A stretch of DNA of 64,000 nt. It comes from Octopus vulgaris (Eukaryota). The stretch's first letter is position 1, and each line of letters begins with the position of its first letter. The notes beneath the pieces were generated by a model. That model was not told where the DNA came from. It was given only the letters and a program-made list of their open reading frames with translations, and ran no database searches. The position numbers and the translations under genes are program-made. Below are positions 1 to 12,459 of the stretch, piece by piece. The DNA is taken from positions 33,294,001 to 33,358,000 of the forward strand of contig OX597823.1 of NCBI GenBank assembly GCA_951406725.2. The letters are read 5' to 3'.

Positions 1-1250
1 AAACCTCTGTACCAGGCTTTTGGTGACATAGAGAAAGCCTTTGACAGGGCCCCCAGATGCCTTATCAGGTGGTCAATGGGGAAACTAGGGATTGATGAAT
101 AGTTAGTGAGAGCTGTGAAAGCCATGTACAGGGATGCTGTCAGTAAGGTGAGGGTTGTCAATGAGTACAGTGAAGAATTCCAGGTAGAGGTAGGGGACCA
201 CCAAGGTTCAGTCCTCAGCCCTCTCTTATTTATCATAGTCCTCCAGGCTATACGGAGGAATTCAAGACAGGATGCCCCTGGGAGCTTCTCTATGCTGATG
301 ATCTTACTCTAATTGCTGAGTCACTATCAGAACTAGAGGAGAAGTTTCAAGTGTGGAAACAAGGATTAGAATCGAAGGGCCTTAGAATCAACCTAGCTAA
401 AACCAAAGTCCTAATATGTAGAAAGGCAGGCAAACCACAAAACCCTTCAGGTAGATTGCCCTGCTCGATCTGTAGAAAAGGCGTAGGTAGAAACTCTATA
501 AGATGTACCCAGGGTAAGCTATGGACACATAAGAGGTGCAGCAATATCAAAGGAAGGCTAACTGGGAAGATAGTTTTTGTATGTGGCAGATGCTCAGGAG
601 CAATAAACACTGAAAACGTGCAGAGAACAACTTCTGCCACATTCCAGGGAGAAAAACTAGAAGTAGTTGATAGCTTCCGTTACCTAGGTGACCAAGTCAG
701 TAGCGGGGGAGAGTGCACTGAAAGTGTAGCTGCAATAATAAGAATAGCCTGGGCAAAGTTCAGAGAGCTCTTACCTTTGCTGGTTACAAAGGGCTTCTCG
801 CTCAGAGTAAAAGGTAGACTGTATGACGCATGTGTATGAATAGCCATGCTACATGGCAGTGAAACATGGGCTGTGACTGCTGAGGACATGTGTAAGCTCA
901 CAAGGAATGAAGCCAGCATGCTTCGCTGGATGTGTAATGTCAATGTGCATACTTGACAGAGTGTAAGTACCTTGAGAAAAAAATTGGACCTAAGAAGCAA
1001 CAGATGTGGTGTATAAGAGAGACGACTGTGCTGGTGTGGTCATGTGGTGAGAATAGATGAAGATAGCTATGTGAAAAAGTACCACACCCTAGCAGTTGAG
1101 GGAACCTGTGGAAGAGGTAGACCCAGGAAGACCTAGGATGAAGTGTTGAAGCACGACCTTCGAATATTAGGCCTCACCGAGGCAATGATTAGTGATTGAG
1201 ACCTTTGGAAATATGCTGTGCTTGAGAAGACCCAGCAAGCCAAGTGGAAC
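1..1250 (+). mobile_element. RTE-clade LINE, C-terminal half of the RT ORF, degenerate and cut by the window start
   Basis: Frames give EKAFDR, G-HQGSVLSPLLF, LLYADD, GLRINLAKTK, FRYLG, LHGSETW and GRGRPRKT, with stops and frameshifts. Confidence 0.92.
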
Positions 1251-1845
1251 CATAACCCATAGCTTATGCTAGGGGTGTAACCAGCCCACTTATGAGTACC
1301 TTTCCTTCATTGGACACTAAACTCTGCTTGCGAAGACCTGTTGAGGCAAGTGAAATCAAAATCGAAATCAAATTCAATGACTAGCATCCGTACTAGTGGA
1401 GTGCTAGAGCACAATCCAAGCATGATCATTGCCAGAGCAGTTGACTGGCTTCCATGCTGGTGGCATGTAAAAAGCAGCATTCGAGCATGCTCGTTACCAT
1501 CATTACCTAACTGGCACTTGTGCTGGTGGTACGTGAAAAACAACATCAAAGCGAGGTCACTGCCAGTGCCACTGGACTGGCTCCTGTGCAGGTGGCATGT
1601 AAAAAACCGCATTTGAGCATGGCCGTTGCCAGTACTGCCTGACTGGCCCTCGTGCAGGTGGTATGTAAAAGTACCCACTACACTCTCAGAGTGGTTGGCG
1701 TTAGGAAGGGCATCAAGCTTTAGAAACTCTGCCAGATCAGATTGGAGCTTGATGCAGCCATCTGGTTCACTAGTGCTCAGTCAAATCGTCCAATCCATGC
1801 CAGCATGGAAAGCAGACGTTGAACGATGATGATGATGACGATGAT
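1250..1845 (+). repeat. 3' UTR of the RTE element: about 60-bp tandem units, conserved terminal segment and (GAT)n tail
   Basis: Four to five copies of gagcatg..gttgccagt..gactggct..gtggcatgtaaaa, then gagtggttggcgttaggaagggcatc..ccatgccagcatggaaagcagacgtt(gat)n. The same terminus recurs at 13007-13170 (-) and 14860-15015 (+). Confidence 0.85.
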
Positions 1846-2533
1846 ATATGGTTATGGGGGAGCCTAAAGTTATTAGTGAAAGACAGCTGTGGACATTCAT
1901 CTATGACTGCCTGCAAATATGTTTGTGTATGTATGTCTGTTAATGTTTAATATTCCAAGGCCATTATTGTTGTCTCAATTTGATCTGTTGCAACATTCTG
2001 TTCTCATTTTTACTCTTTTCCAACAAGTTGTTGTGCACCTGAATATCATATAATAAGTTCATTATCATTAAGAAATCATTATCATGTAAACAAAAAAACA
2101 AAAAAAAAAAAACAAAAACAAAGAAAATCCTTATTATTATTATTATTAAAGGTTCAAACTGACAAAATTGTGGATGGTACCTCTCTAAGTGTAGAGCTGT
2201 GAGTCAGAGAGAAGGAATTGGAGAGGGCACCTGCTTAGAGAATTTCAGGGAAATCTCAGACAGTGGGCTTCCTTGATTATCCCGAGAGGCGTTCCTGTAT
2301 CAGGAAGGCCACATCTCTATCATCACCCCCACTTTTTTTCTACTCCTGTATGCTATGCATGTCTTCTCTTTCCCAATGTATATCATGTATACTTTTTTCT
2401 TTTTTTTATTTATCATTTCATTTTTATATCTTTTTTATGTCTGTCTCTGTATTGTCCCCCTTATCTTTTGCTCTTGTGGCAAATAAATGAAATCGTCATC
2501 ATCATCATCATCATTATTATTATTATTATTATT

Positions 2534-4010
2534 CAGTAGTTTTATTTTTATTTTTATAGCGTGCTTTCACTTCACTACCGAGCGCAGCTCTGTGTGCCTT
2601 GGGTATGTGCTGTGATTTGTTGTGATGCTCTGATGGTTATTGTATGGAGAGTGTTCTGCGTAGGATGTGTGCAGTGCCTAGTAGTGCAATTTTCTGTATG
2701 TTATATGTGTTTGTAAGTCCTGGTGTTTTTGTTATGTATTTGTCTGAATATTTTTTTATCATGCCTAATGCACCTACTATGATAGGAATTGTTTCTGTTT
2801 TCAGATTCCACATTCTAGTTACCTCTATTTCCAGGTCTTTGTATTTTGAGAGTTTCTCCATTTCTTTTAGAGACACGTTGTCATCTACCGGTACTGATAC
2901 ATCAATTAGAAAGCATTTTTTTTCTTCATGGTCTCTGACAACTATATCTGGTCTGTTGGCCTTAATTTCTCTATCTGTGTGTATCGGCATATCCCAGAGT
3001 ATGGTTGCTTTCTCGTTTTCTGTGACCTTTTCTGGTGTGTGCCTATACCATCTTTTTTCTGTTGTTATTCCATAATGTTGGCATAGCTTCCAATGTATGT
3101 AAGTTCCAACTCTGTCATGTCTGTGAATATATTCCTTCTTAGCCAGGACTGGGTAGCTAGAGATAATATGATTTATTGTTTCTTGTCCATCTCCACATAT
3201 TCTGCAGTTACTTGTAATATTTCTTTTCATTACATGTTTTTGGTAATTTCTGGTGGGGAGGCTTTGGTCTTGTGCTGCAATTAAAAATCCCTCTGTTTCT
3301 GCTTTGAGTCCTGAGCTTCTCAACCATTGCTGGGATTTTTCTTTGTCTATTTCTTTTGCGTTTAGTTTAGTCCAGTATTTACCATGAAGGGGCTTTTCTT
3401 GCCATCGTTTTATCATGGTTCGTTGCTGTTCTATTTTTAGTTTGGATTTCATTTTTTTTATAGCTTTTGTTGTTTCTTCATCTTCTTCTTCTTCTTCTTC
3501 ATATTTATTAGGTGGTATGATTTCTTGTTTGTATTTGTCAGCTTCCTTAAATACTGAGAACAGTTTTTTGTTTTGCTCGTGTTTTGCCGCTATCTGGATC
3601 AGTTTTCCTTCCTTCTGAAGTAGATATTTTTGCAGTCCTATGGTGGTTATTTTATAGTAGTTTTCCAGCTGTATAAGGCCTCTACCACCTTCTATACGTT
3701 GTATATATAGTCTTTCTATGTCAGATTTTGGGTGATGCATCCTAGATCCTGTCATTATTTTTCTTGTTTTCCTGTCTATTTTGGTCAGTTCATTTCGTGT
3801 CCAGTTAAGGATATTGTAGCTGTAACTTATAACTGGGACAGCTAAAGTGTTGATACCTATTATCTTGTTTTTAGCATTGAGCTCTGTGTTTAGTATTGAT
3901 CTAACTCGTCTATAATATTCTTTTTTTATTTTCTCTTTCATTTGTGTGTGTTGTGTCTTATCTAGTTCATGGATTCCTAAGTATTTGTAAGTTTGGCTTT
4001 GGTCTAATTC

Positions 4011-4013
<3 letters not shown>
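2534..4013 (-). mobile_element. 5'-truncated R4/Dong-clade non-LTR retrotransposon with restriction-like endonuclease, inserted in (TAA)n
   Basis: Uninterrupted ORF from about 4013 to 2637 contains YKYLG (RT end), a CRICG..ETINHIISSY knuckle (last C changed to Y), RHD, and PDIV..IDVS..EKLSKY endonuclease motifs. About 100-bp 3' UTR; TAA repeats on both flanks. Confidence 0.93.

Positions 4014-4108
<95 letters not shown>
4013..4108. repeat. (TTA)n microsatellite
   Basis: Directly visible; it explains the poly-Ile start of the 469-aa ORF. Confidence 0.98.
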
Positions 4109-4109
<1 letters not shown>

Positions 4110-4505
4110 GGTGGTGAACTGACAGAATTGTTGGCAAGCTGGACAAAATGCTTAGCGGTATTTCGTCTGCCGCTACGTTCTGAGTTCAAATTCTTTACCT
4201 TTCATCCTTTACTTTTCATCCTTTCAGGGTCGATTAAATAAGTACCAGTTACGCACTGGGGTCAATATAATCGACTTAATACGTTTGTCTGTTCTTGTTT
4301 GTCCTCTCTGTGTTTAGCCCCTTGTGGGTAGTAAAGAAATAGGTATTTCGTCTGCTACTATGTTCTGAGTTCCAATTCCGCCAAGGTAGACTATGTCTTT
4401 CATCCTTTCAGGGTTCAAGAAAATAAATACCAGTTGGACACTGGGGTCGATGTAATCGACCCATCTACACCTCCCGCAAGCTGCCCTTGTGGCAAAAATT
4501 TGAAA
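4109..4505 (+). mobile_element. tRNA-derived SINE family A, with an internal partial duplication
   Basis: B-box-like gagttcaaattc followed by ctttcatcctttc..ggtcgat..aagtaccag; many copies across the window. Confidence 0.85.
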
Positions 4506-4544
4506 TTATCATCATCACCACCACCACCACCACCATCATTATTG

Positions 4545-5025
4545 TTTCCTCTATGCACAACAGATTAGACTTTTGTTACAGAAAAATCCCTAATATCAGG
4601 TTAACCTTAGTTGCCAAGAACCCTCCTAAGTATCCTAGCTGTCCCTAATAACACTGTTTTCTGCAGCTGTACTGAACTGGGTTTTATGCCTATTTCCTCT
4701 ATCCATCTGATCGGATCTTTATGGATAATTCCCAATGCACCTATAACTACTGGGATACATTTTACCTGCACTTTCCATAGTCTCTTTAATTCAATAGCTA
4801 GGTCCTAATACTTTGCTATTTTGTCTGTATCTCTCATATTGATTTTTTTTCATCATTTGCAACTATAAAGTCTATTATCTAGAACTTTCTATTCTCTTTA
4901 TCTACTAAATCAGGTCTTCTGGCTTTTATTACTCTGTCTGTCTGAATGGTAAAATCCGACAACATCTTATATTTCTTACTGTCTAGTACTGTACCAGGTT
5001 CATGTTCATACCATTTATCATTTAT
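4545..5025 (-). mobile_element. R4/Dong-type LINE 3' fragment, second family
   Basis: Minus frame reads KY*DLAIELKRLWKVQVKCIPVVIGALG..LQKTVLLGTARILRRVL, homologous to the end of the 2637-4013 ORF. Confidence 0.85.
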
Positions 5026-5269
5026 AATTATTAAGCTGTTAGGGAGTGGGTAAAGATGGCCATAGAGTGCACCCCATATAAACTATGAGAGTACAATGGA
5101 CGTAGAGGGATCAAAGTCTGGCTAACAGAGGAGGAGGACATTGTATGTAGTAGATGCACAGCAAGAATTCAGAGTATGAGCACCCATAGGATAAATTCTT
5201 TCTGTTGGCTGAAGATTTCCCAAGAAGTTGTTGATGGTTTCTGATAGCCAGGGTGATGGCACTAGCTAT

Positions 5270-5895
5270 TCAGGCATTATCTCTAAAATTGTCAAGAAGG
5301 CCGAGGGTGTCTTGGCATCACTCAGCAAGACTTTTGTTAGCCGCTCTCCAGCCATCTATTTAAAACTGTATACAGCTATGGTACGACCACACTTGGAATT
5401 CGCATCATCAGTTTGGAATCCCTATCTTGCTCAGAACATTGACCTCCTGGAATCTGTCCAGAGACGTGCAACCAAACGCATACCCTCCATCAGACACCTA
5501 CCATATTCTGAGCGCCTTGTTTCCCTGGGCATGGATTCACTGAAGCTCCGGCGTCTAGCGACGGACTTGGTAAACACCCACAAGGTTATCAACCACCTCA
5601 CCAACAACAACACTGTCCACCTTTTTGATCTCCATGTGTCTAACACACGTGGACATGCCTACAAAGTCAGAAAACAGCACAGCTCCCATGACTTTCGGAA
5701 ACATTTTTTCACGCTCAGGGTTGCTGAAGCGTGGAATAAACTGCCTGCATCAGTTGTTGACTGCCATGACACTGCATCCTTTAAGGCCCTCATGCTTCCC
5801 GAAATCCGTCGAAACTACACCTGATTATATATACACTTTAGATGAGTTGTAGTGCACCTGAGCACTGTACACAATTATTATTATTATTATTATTA
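5270..5895 (+). mobile_element. CR1-clade LINE 3' end with (ATT)n tail
   Basis: ORF 5228-5824 has VRPHLEFASSVWNP, LESVQRRATK, YSERL, TRGH and FFTLRVAEAWNKLP; short UTR then (att)n. Confidence 0.9.
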
Positions 5896-7599
5896 TCCTA
5901 AAAATGACAGGGTGTGATTTGCAGGATTTGGTTGCTACTTCTAGCATATGGCCTTTCTCATTTATGTACTTATGTGAATGCCTGTATGTGTATTTGTTTG
6001 GGTGCATGAGTACATGTGTGTGTGTGAATGAAAGCTATAAATCTATCTAAAAGAGACAGGACCAGGAAGTGAGCTGTTATTGCTGTTGTTTAGCCCTGTC
6101 TCCAGGTGGTCCCAGCCACTTAAGTTAGCCCTGACTGAAGAGAAGCTTGAGACAGGCGTTACAATCATTACCATCTCATTTATTTAGGGATCTCTAGGGT
6201 TATAATATTCAATAAATCCTTTCTCTTTTCCCAAGATTACTATTTTTGTGTGAATTGAGATAGCTTTAGCTGTTATTTCTAGCAGCTTAAACGTTCACCT
6301 AGAGAGTCTCTCATGAGAGACTGCTTGTTTTGCATCATTGTCCATATAAACCTAAATTCACACTTTACTTAGAAAACAGAACCATGAATTCTATATTCAA
6401 CTCTGGTTTGACTCATTAAGGTTTTGCAATTAAGCAGTCGTTTATAGATTCTAAATGAAATTGTTTATACCTTCATTAAATGATCCAATTGAATTTGCTT
6501 GAGGGTTGTGTGGAGAGGGTGATTAAAGTTTACTTGATTTAAATAAACATGACTCTCATCTGTTTTTAGTCAATATTCTTCAGTATTCTGTTAGTGTCTC
6601 AAAGAGAACACTGTCTTGTATGAATACATTTCAATAATTCAGTTTCCATACAAACACGTAATTCTTCAATAAATGATATCATGGTGCCACCTTTGTTCCT
6701 CTCTTCTATTTAAAGTGTTGTTCATTGGAGAACATTAATGAAAAATTACAGCCAAACTCGTATTCCTTTGAATGAAAGTATTTCAAAGTTTCTAAGACCC
6801 TTTTATCTACTTTAAAATCTTCTACCTCTGATCTTTATCAATGGACTTTCTTGCTTAGAAACTCAATATGGATTAACTAAATCTATCGCAATGATGCTGT
6901 TCACCTAAATATAATAATATGTGATTAGTTTCTTAGTGACAAAACATGAGGGACATAGTAAAAGAGAAACGTGATGTTGTGATGTTCATACCTAACTCAG
7001 CCATCCACCATTGGTTAACGTTATTCAATGGTGACGTATTTTGTTTGTTAAATATTATTCAAAAGAAAGCATGGAACTTAACCATGAAGAGCCCAGTCTA
7101 TCTAGCTGTAAGTAGGTACCACAGTGTGTTATACTTCACAACATTGTGAAGATACTTAACTACGAATAACACAGTCAAATTAGCAATAAATAGGTACCAC
7201 AGTGTGGCAGAGTTCAGTGTAATGTGTCCTTGGATAAGATTCTTAACTGCTGAAAGTCCAGTTTACCATTGTGGACCTCATTCCTTGATGTGTTCCCTTC
7301 TGTTGGTTGGTGGTGAGTTATCTTCAGCACACAAACGCGTAAGCTTATAGAAGAAAACCTACCTGGGTTTAATCTGGTTAAGTAAACCTATGGTCAAAGG
7401 TGTTCCAACTGTGATAGTTTTGTAATTTATTTCAGATGGTAACATTGATTTGAAATTGATTTGGTTGCTGTTTCTAGCAGGCTCTGTAACTATGTTCAGG
7501 CTCCCTTAACCGAGCCAGGATTTGGACTTGAGAAATAGGATCAGCCATGAAGAAAGATGAAGTGATGGTTGGATTGAGGCATTTCTGTATTAGAGGCCT

Positions 7600-8410
7600 G
7601 CGTTGTCTTGATGGACTGTTGCTGTTGTTGCTGTTGTTGTTGTTGATGGTTGTGATGATAGTGGTTAGGATGATGATGATGAGGGTGATGATGATGATGA
7701 GGGTTGATGAGGGTGATGGTGATGATGGTGATGATAATGATGATAATGATGATGATAATGATGATAATGATGATGATGAGGGTGATGAGGGTGATGGTGA
7801 TGATGATGATGACTGTGATGATAATGGTGATGATGACGATGGTGATGATGATGATGGTGATGATGAGGGTGGTGATGATGATGATGATGGTGATGATGAT
7901 GGTGATGATGAGGGTGGTGATGATGATGATGATGATGATGATGGTGATGATGGTGACGACGATGACAACGATGATGACGATGATGATGAGGGTGATGATG
8001 ATGATGATGATGCTGCTGCTGATGATGATGATTGTAGTATTGGCATTAGTAGTGTTGGCAGTAGTAGTGGTGATTGAGGTAGTGCTTATGATGGTGGTGT
8101 TTGTAGTGATGGTCATGGTGGTAGTGATAAGGATGATGATGATGATGATGATGTGGCGGTGGCGGTAGTAATAATGTTACCGATTGTGGTTTTAGTGGCA
8201 AATGATACTGGTAGTTGTTATGATTATGACAATGATGATGATGATGATGATGGCAGCGGAATCAGTAATGGCGATGGGGGGGGGGGGTTAGGGGGAATTG
8301 AACCACTGATGATGATGACAATGATGATGATGATGATGGTGATAGTGGTGTTGGTGTTTGTAGTGATGCTGATGGCGGTGATGGAGATGGTGTTAATCAT
8401 AACGGTGAAG
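7600..8410. repeat. Long compound (GAT/GGT)n trinucleotide low-complexity tract
   Basis: Directly visible; produces poly-D/M/S/I ORFs in several frames. Confidence 0.97.
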
Positions 8411-8589
8411 TGAAAAATACAATTTCCCAACTGATAATTAATATACTTTGAGAAAGCATCATCAGCGAACCAATAAAGATGTTAATCTGACGAGAGAGAA
8501 AAAAATCCGATTTAATTATTTTGTCGTCCAAATTAGTGTCTTCATTGAGAGATCAACAAGATTAACATTTAAACTAGATTAACACTTAT

Positions 8590-8714
8590 TCTTTTACACA
8601 CACACAGACCCACACATAAAACTATACATACACATATATGTGTGAGTATATACACATATCAAACACACTCACACATACATACATACATACATACATATAT
8701 ACATACATACATAT

Positions 8715-8769
<55 letters not shown>

Positions 8770-8825
8770 TATATGTTCATATGTATATACATATCTATAT
8801 ACACACATACACATACATACATACA

Positions 8826-8862
<37 letters not shown>

Positions 8863-9143
8863 GTTCATATGCATATACATATATATGTACACACACACAT
8901 ACACACACACACACAGGTATATACATATATCGCACACATACATACACAACCCAAACCAGCATGGAAAGCAGGTGTAAAATGATGAAATGATGCTGATGAT
9001 TATAATGGTATATGCATGCGCACACACACACACATGTGTGTGTTTGCGCACACATATGTACATATACATATACACACACAAAAAGATAAATACAGACATT
9101 GACTTAATTACACATGCACCTTTATATTTTTAAATACATACAC

Positions 9144-9216
<73 letters not shown>

Positions 9217-9400
9217 TACATACATGCATATACACATATATGCCAACTCATATACACACATGCATACATATAAAAATATGTATTCAGAGACACATAAACA
9301 TGTCAATAATTGAATGTGTATGTATAAACGTGTGTGTGTGTATATGTATATATATATGGGTGTGTATATATGTATACATACATTTATATATATATATATA
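8590..9400. repeat. Compound (TA)n/(CA)n/(TACA)n microsatellite field
   Basis: Directly visible. Similar fields at about 10000-10260, 10650-10880, 12340-12600, 15015-15370, 20330-20480, 22475-22595, 24930-25335, 38270-38680 and 39850-40010. Confidence 0.97.
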
Positions 9401-9777
9401 CTTTTATCTTTTCTTTCATTTACTTGTTTCAGTCATCTGACTGTGGCCATGCTGGAGCACCACCTTTAGTCAAACAAATCAACCCCAGGACTTATGTTTT
9501 GTAAGTCTAGTTCTTATTCTATCAGTTGTTTTTGCTGAACCACTAAGTTACGAGGGTCATAAACACACCAGGATTGGTTATCAAGTGATGGTGGGGGGAC
9601 ACAGACACACAAACACACAAACACAAACATGTACACACACAGACACACAAACATGTACACACACACACACACACACACACATACATACATACATTCAAAC
9701 ATACATACATACATATATACATACATACATACATATATACATACATACATACATACATACATACATACATACATACA

Positions 9778-9812
<35 letters not shown>

Positions 9813-9945
9813 GATGAGCTTCTTTTAGTGTCCATCTACCAAATCCACTCACAAGGGTTTGGTTGGCCCAAGGCTACAGTAGAAGACACTTGCCCATGAT
9901 GCCATGCTGTGGGACTGAACCCGGCACCATGTGGTTGGTAAACAA
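9401..9945 (-). mobile_element. tRNA-derived SINE family B with internal microsatellite
   Basis: Matches complete copies such as 27005-27412: B box ggttcagtccc, variable central (CA)/(TACA)n, and 3' end ..aatgactgaaacaagtaaaa. Confidence 0.9.
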
Positions 9946-10080
9946 GTGAGAATTTACAAAAAAAGGACAAAGACAGATGTATTAGTTTAACGATCAGGAA
10001 TAGACATATGTATGTATGTATGCATGTGTGTGTGTATGCGTGTGTGTATATATATATATATATGTATGTGTGCATGCATG

Positions 10081-10166
<86 letters not shown>

Positions 10167-10261
10167 CGTGTATATATATGTATATATATGTGTTCATATA
10201 TATATATATATATTATATATATATATATATTTATGCATATATATTTATACATATATATATA

Positions 10262-10647
10262 CTAGCAGTATCGCCCGGCGTTGCTCGGGTTTGTAAGGGA
10301 AATAACTATATAAGCATTTTTAGAGAGTTATAACCAAAAAATAGCAAAAAAATGCATTAAAAATGGAAAAAATATGATGGTAAATTTTTTTAAAATCGTT
10401 GACTCATCGTGGACATTTTTAGAGAGTTACTTCCCTTATATAATAGCGAAAAAAATGCATTAAAATGGAAAAAATGATGGTAAATTTTTTTTTAAATCGT
10501 AGACGTGTGCTAATACCCAGAAGGGCTCGATATGAATCATGACTATAAGATACCCGGTTTTGGTTAAACTGCACTGCAAAATGTGGGAGTAGTTAGGAAT
10601 CTAAATCGTAGGAGACAGACACACAACTTCACTTTTATATATAAAGA
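10262..10647 (-). mobile_element. Non-autonomous Helitron
   Basis: On the minus strand it starts A|TC and ends CTAG|T, with subterminal hairpin cccgagcaacgccggg; inserted in (TA)n; no TSD. Confidence 0.85.
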
Positions 10648-10658
10648 TATATAAATAT

Positions 10659-10733
<75 letters not shown>

Positions 10734-10817
10734 CTATGTACAAAATTCAAACAAGTTATCATTATCTTTAAAAAAATAACAATAAATGTGTGTGTGTATA
10801 CACACACACATACACAC

Positions 10818-10877
<60 letters not shown>

Positions 10878-10886
10878 CTATATATC

Positions 10887-11110
10887 CAGTAATCCCTCAA
10901 TTATCACGGGTGTTACATTAAAAAAACCCCTGTGATGGGGGAAAATCCACGAAGTAGAAACAGTAACGTACTATATATTTTCTTTTTATTACTTTTATAA
11001 TTTGTATATATTTATTTTATTATAAAGGAAAAACAACACCAAGGAGGAATCGTCATAAGCTTAAATAATAAACCATGATGGGTGAACCGCGATATGGCGA
11101 GAGATTTCTT
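10887..11110. mobile_element. Tc1/mariner (Tigger/pogo-like) MITE, decayed
   Basis: Imperfect TIRs cagtaatccctcaattatcacgg and ccgcgatatggcgagagatttctt, in TA-rich flanks. Confidence 0.6.
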
Positions 11111-11140
11111 TATATAAATGTTATATATATACATGCATGT

Positions 11141-11291
11141 GTGTGTGTGTGTGTAGTGTGTATATGTGATGACCTATGTCATGTGTTCACATGTGTATAG
11201 AGGTATACTTGTATGTGTATAGAAGTAACTGATTATATGCATGTGTATATGTATATATGTATGTATATATGTCTGTAAATATATGTACATG

Positions 11292-11322
<31 letters not shown>

Positions 11323-11426
11323 GTATGTGTATATATATATATATATATATATACACATGTATGTGTATAGAAGTAACTGATTATATGCATGTGTATATGT
11401 ATATATGTATGTATATGTGTCTGTGA

Positions 11427-11482
<56 letters not shown>

Positions 11483-11641
11483 GTATAGAAGTTACTGATT
11501 ATATGCATGTGTATATGTATATATGTATGTATATATGTCTGTGAATATATGTATATATATATATACACACATGTATGTGTATAGAAGTAACTGATTATAT
11601 GCATGTGTATATGTATATATGTATGTATATATGTCTGTGAA

Positions 11642-11723
<82 letters not shown>

Positions 11724-11870
11724 TATACATATATTCACAGACATATATACATACATATATACATATACACATGCATATAATCAGTTACTTCTATACACAT
11801 ACATGTATACCTCTATACACATGTGAACACATGACATAGGTCATCACATATACACACTACACACACACAC
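11141..11870. repeat. Inverted duplication (arms about 150 bp) enclosing four tandem units ended by (TA)n
   Basis: 11141-11290 is the reverse complement of about 11722-11870. The unit gtatgtgtatagaagtaactgattatatgcatg starts at 11211, 11359, 11477 and 11573. Confidence 0.92.
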
Positions 11871-12422
11871 TTATGTACACACATATGTACATATATATTC
11901 ATACACGTGTGTATATATTTGCTTATGCTTGTATGTGTAAGCATAAAAGTAAGTACATGCATATGAGTGTGTGTTTGTGTGTGTGTAGATAGGTGTGTAT
12001 GTATGTGTTTATGCGCATGTAAGTTTGCATGTATACGTATATAAAGAAGTGTGTGTACGAATGTCTATGTGTTTCTGTGTGTGTGTTTGTGTGTGTGTTG
12101 TACGAGAGGTTAGAGATCCGATAACCAGACGCCTGCTAAAGATAATCATGTAATCCGGTACAACCTGTGAATTGTGAGGTTGCCAGCGAGTAACCTGCCC
12201 CGCCACCTCCATCTGAGGCTTGGCTGGTGGAAGAAGAAAGTGATGTTTGGACACCTCACGATGGAAAACTAAATCTGTCAAAGGGCAAACGAATTGCAAA
12301 AGTCAATGGCCATTCAACACTCTCTTTCTCTCTCTCTACACACACTCACACACACACACACATGTTATAACAGGGACTGGTAGGGAAAGCACGGTGTAAT
12401 TGTGTGTGTGTGTATTTGTGTA

Positions 12423-12459
<37 letters not shown>

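Noticed and set aside
7194-7312. Possible exon between tag|G and G|gtgagt
   Set aside because: No polypyrimidine tract, no recognisable peptide, and the acceptor lies within the 16-bp duplicated sequence.
7474-8430. Long poly-S/I/D/M ORFs
   Set aside because: Open in several frames on both strands because of (GAT)n; no coding complexity.
11211-11650. Repeat-spacer pattern superficially like CRISPR
   Set aside because: Eukaryotic context, spacers are (TA)n, and there are no cas genes.
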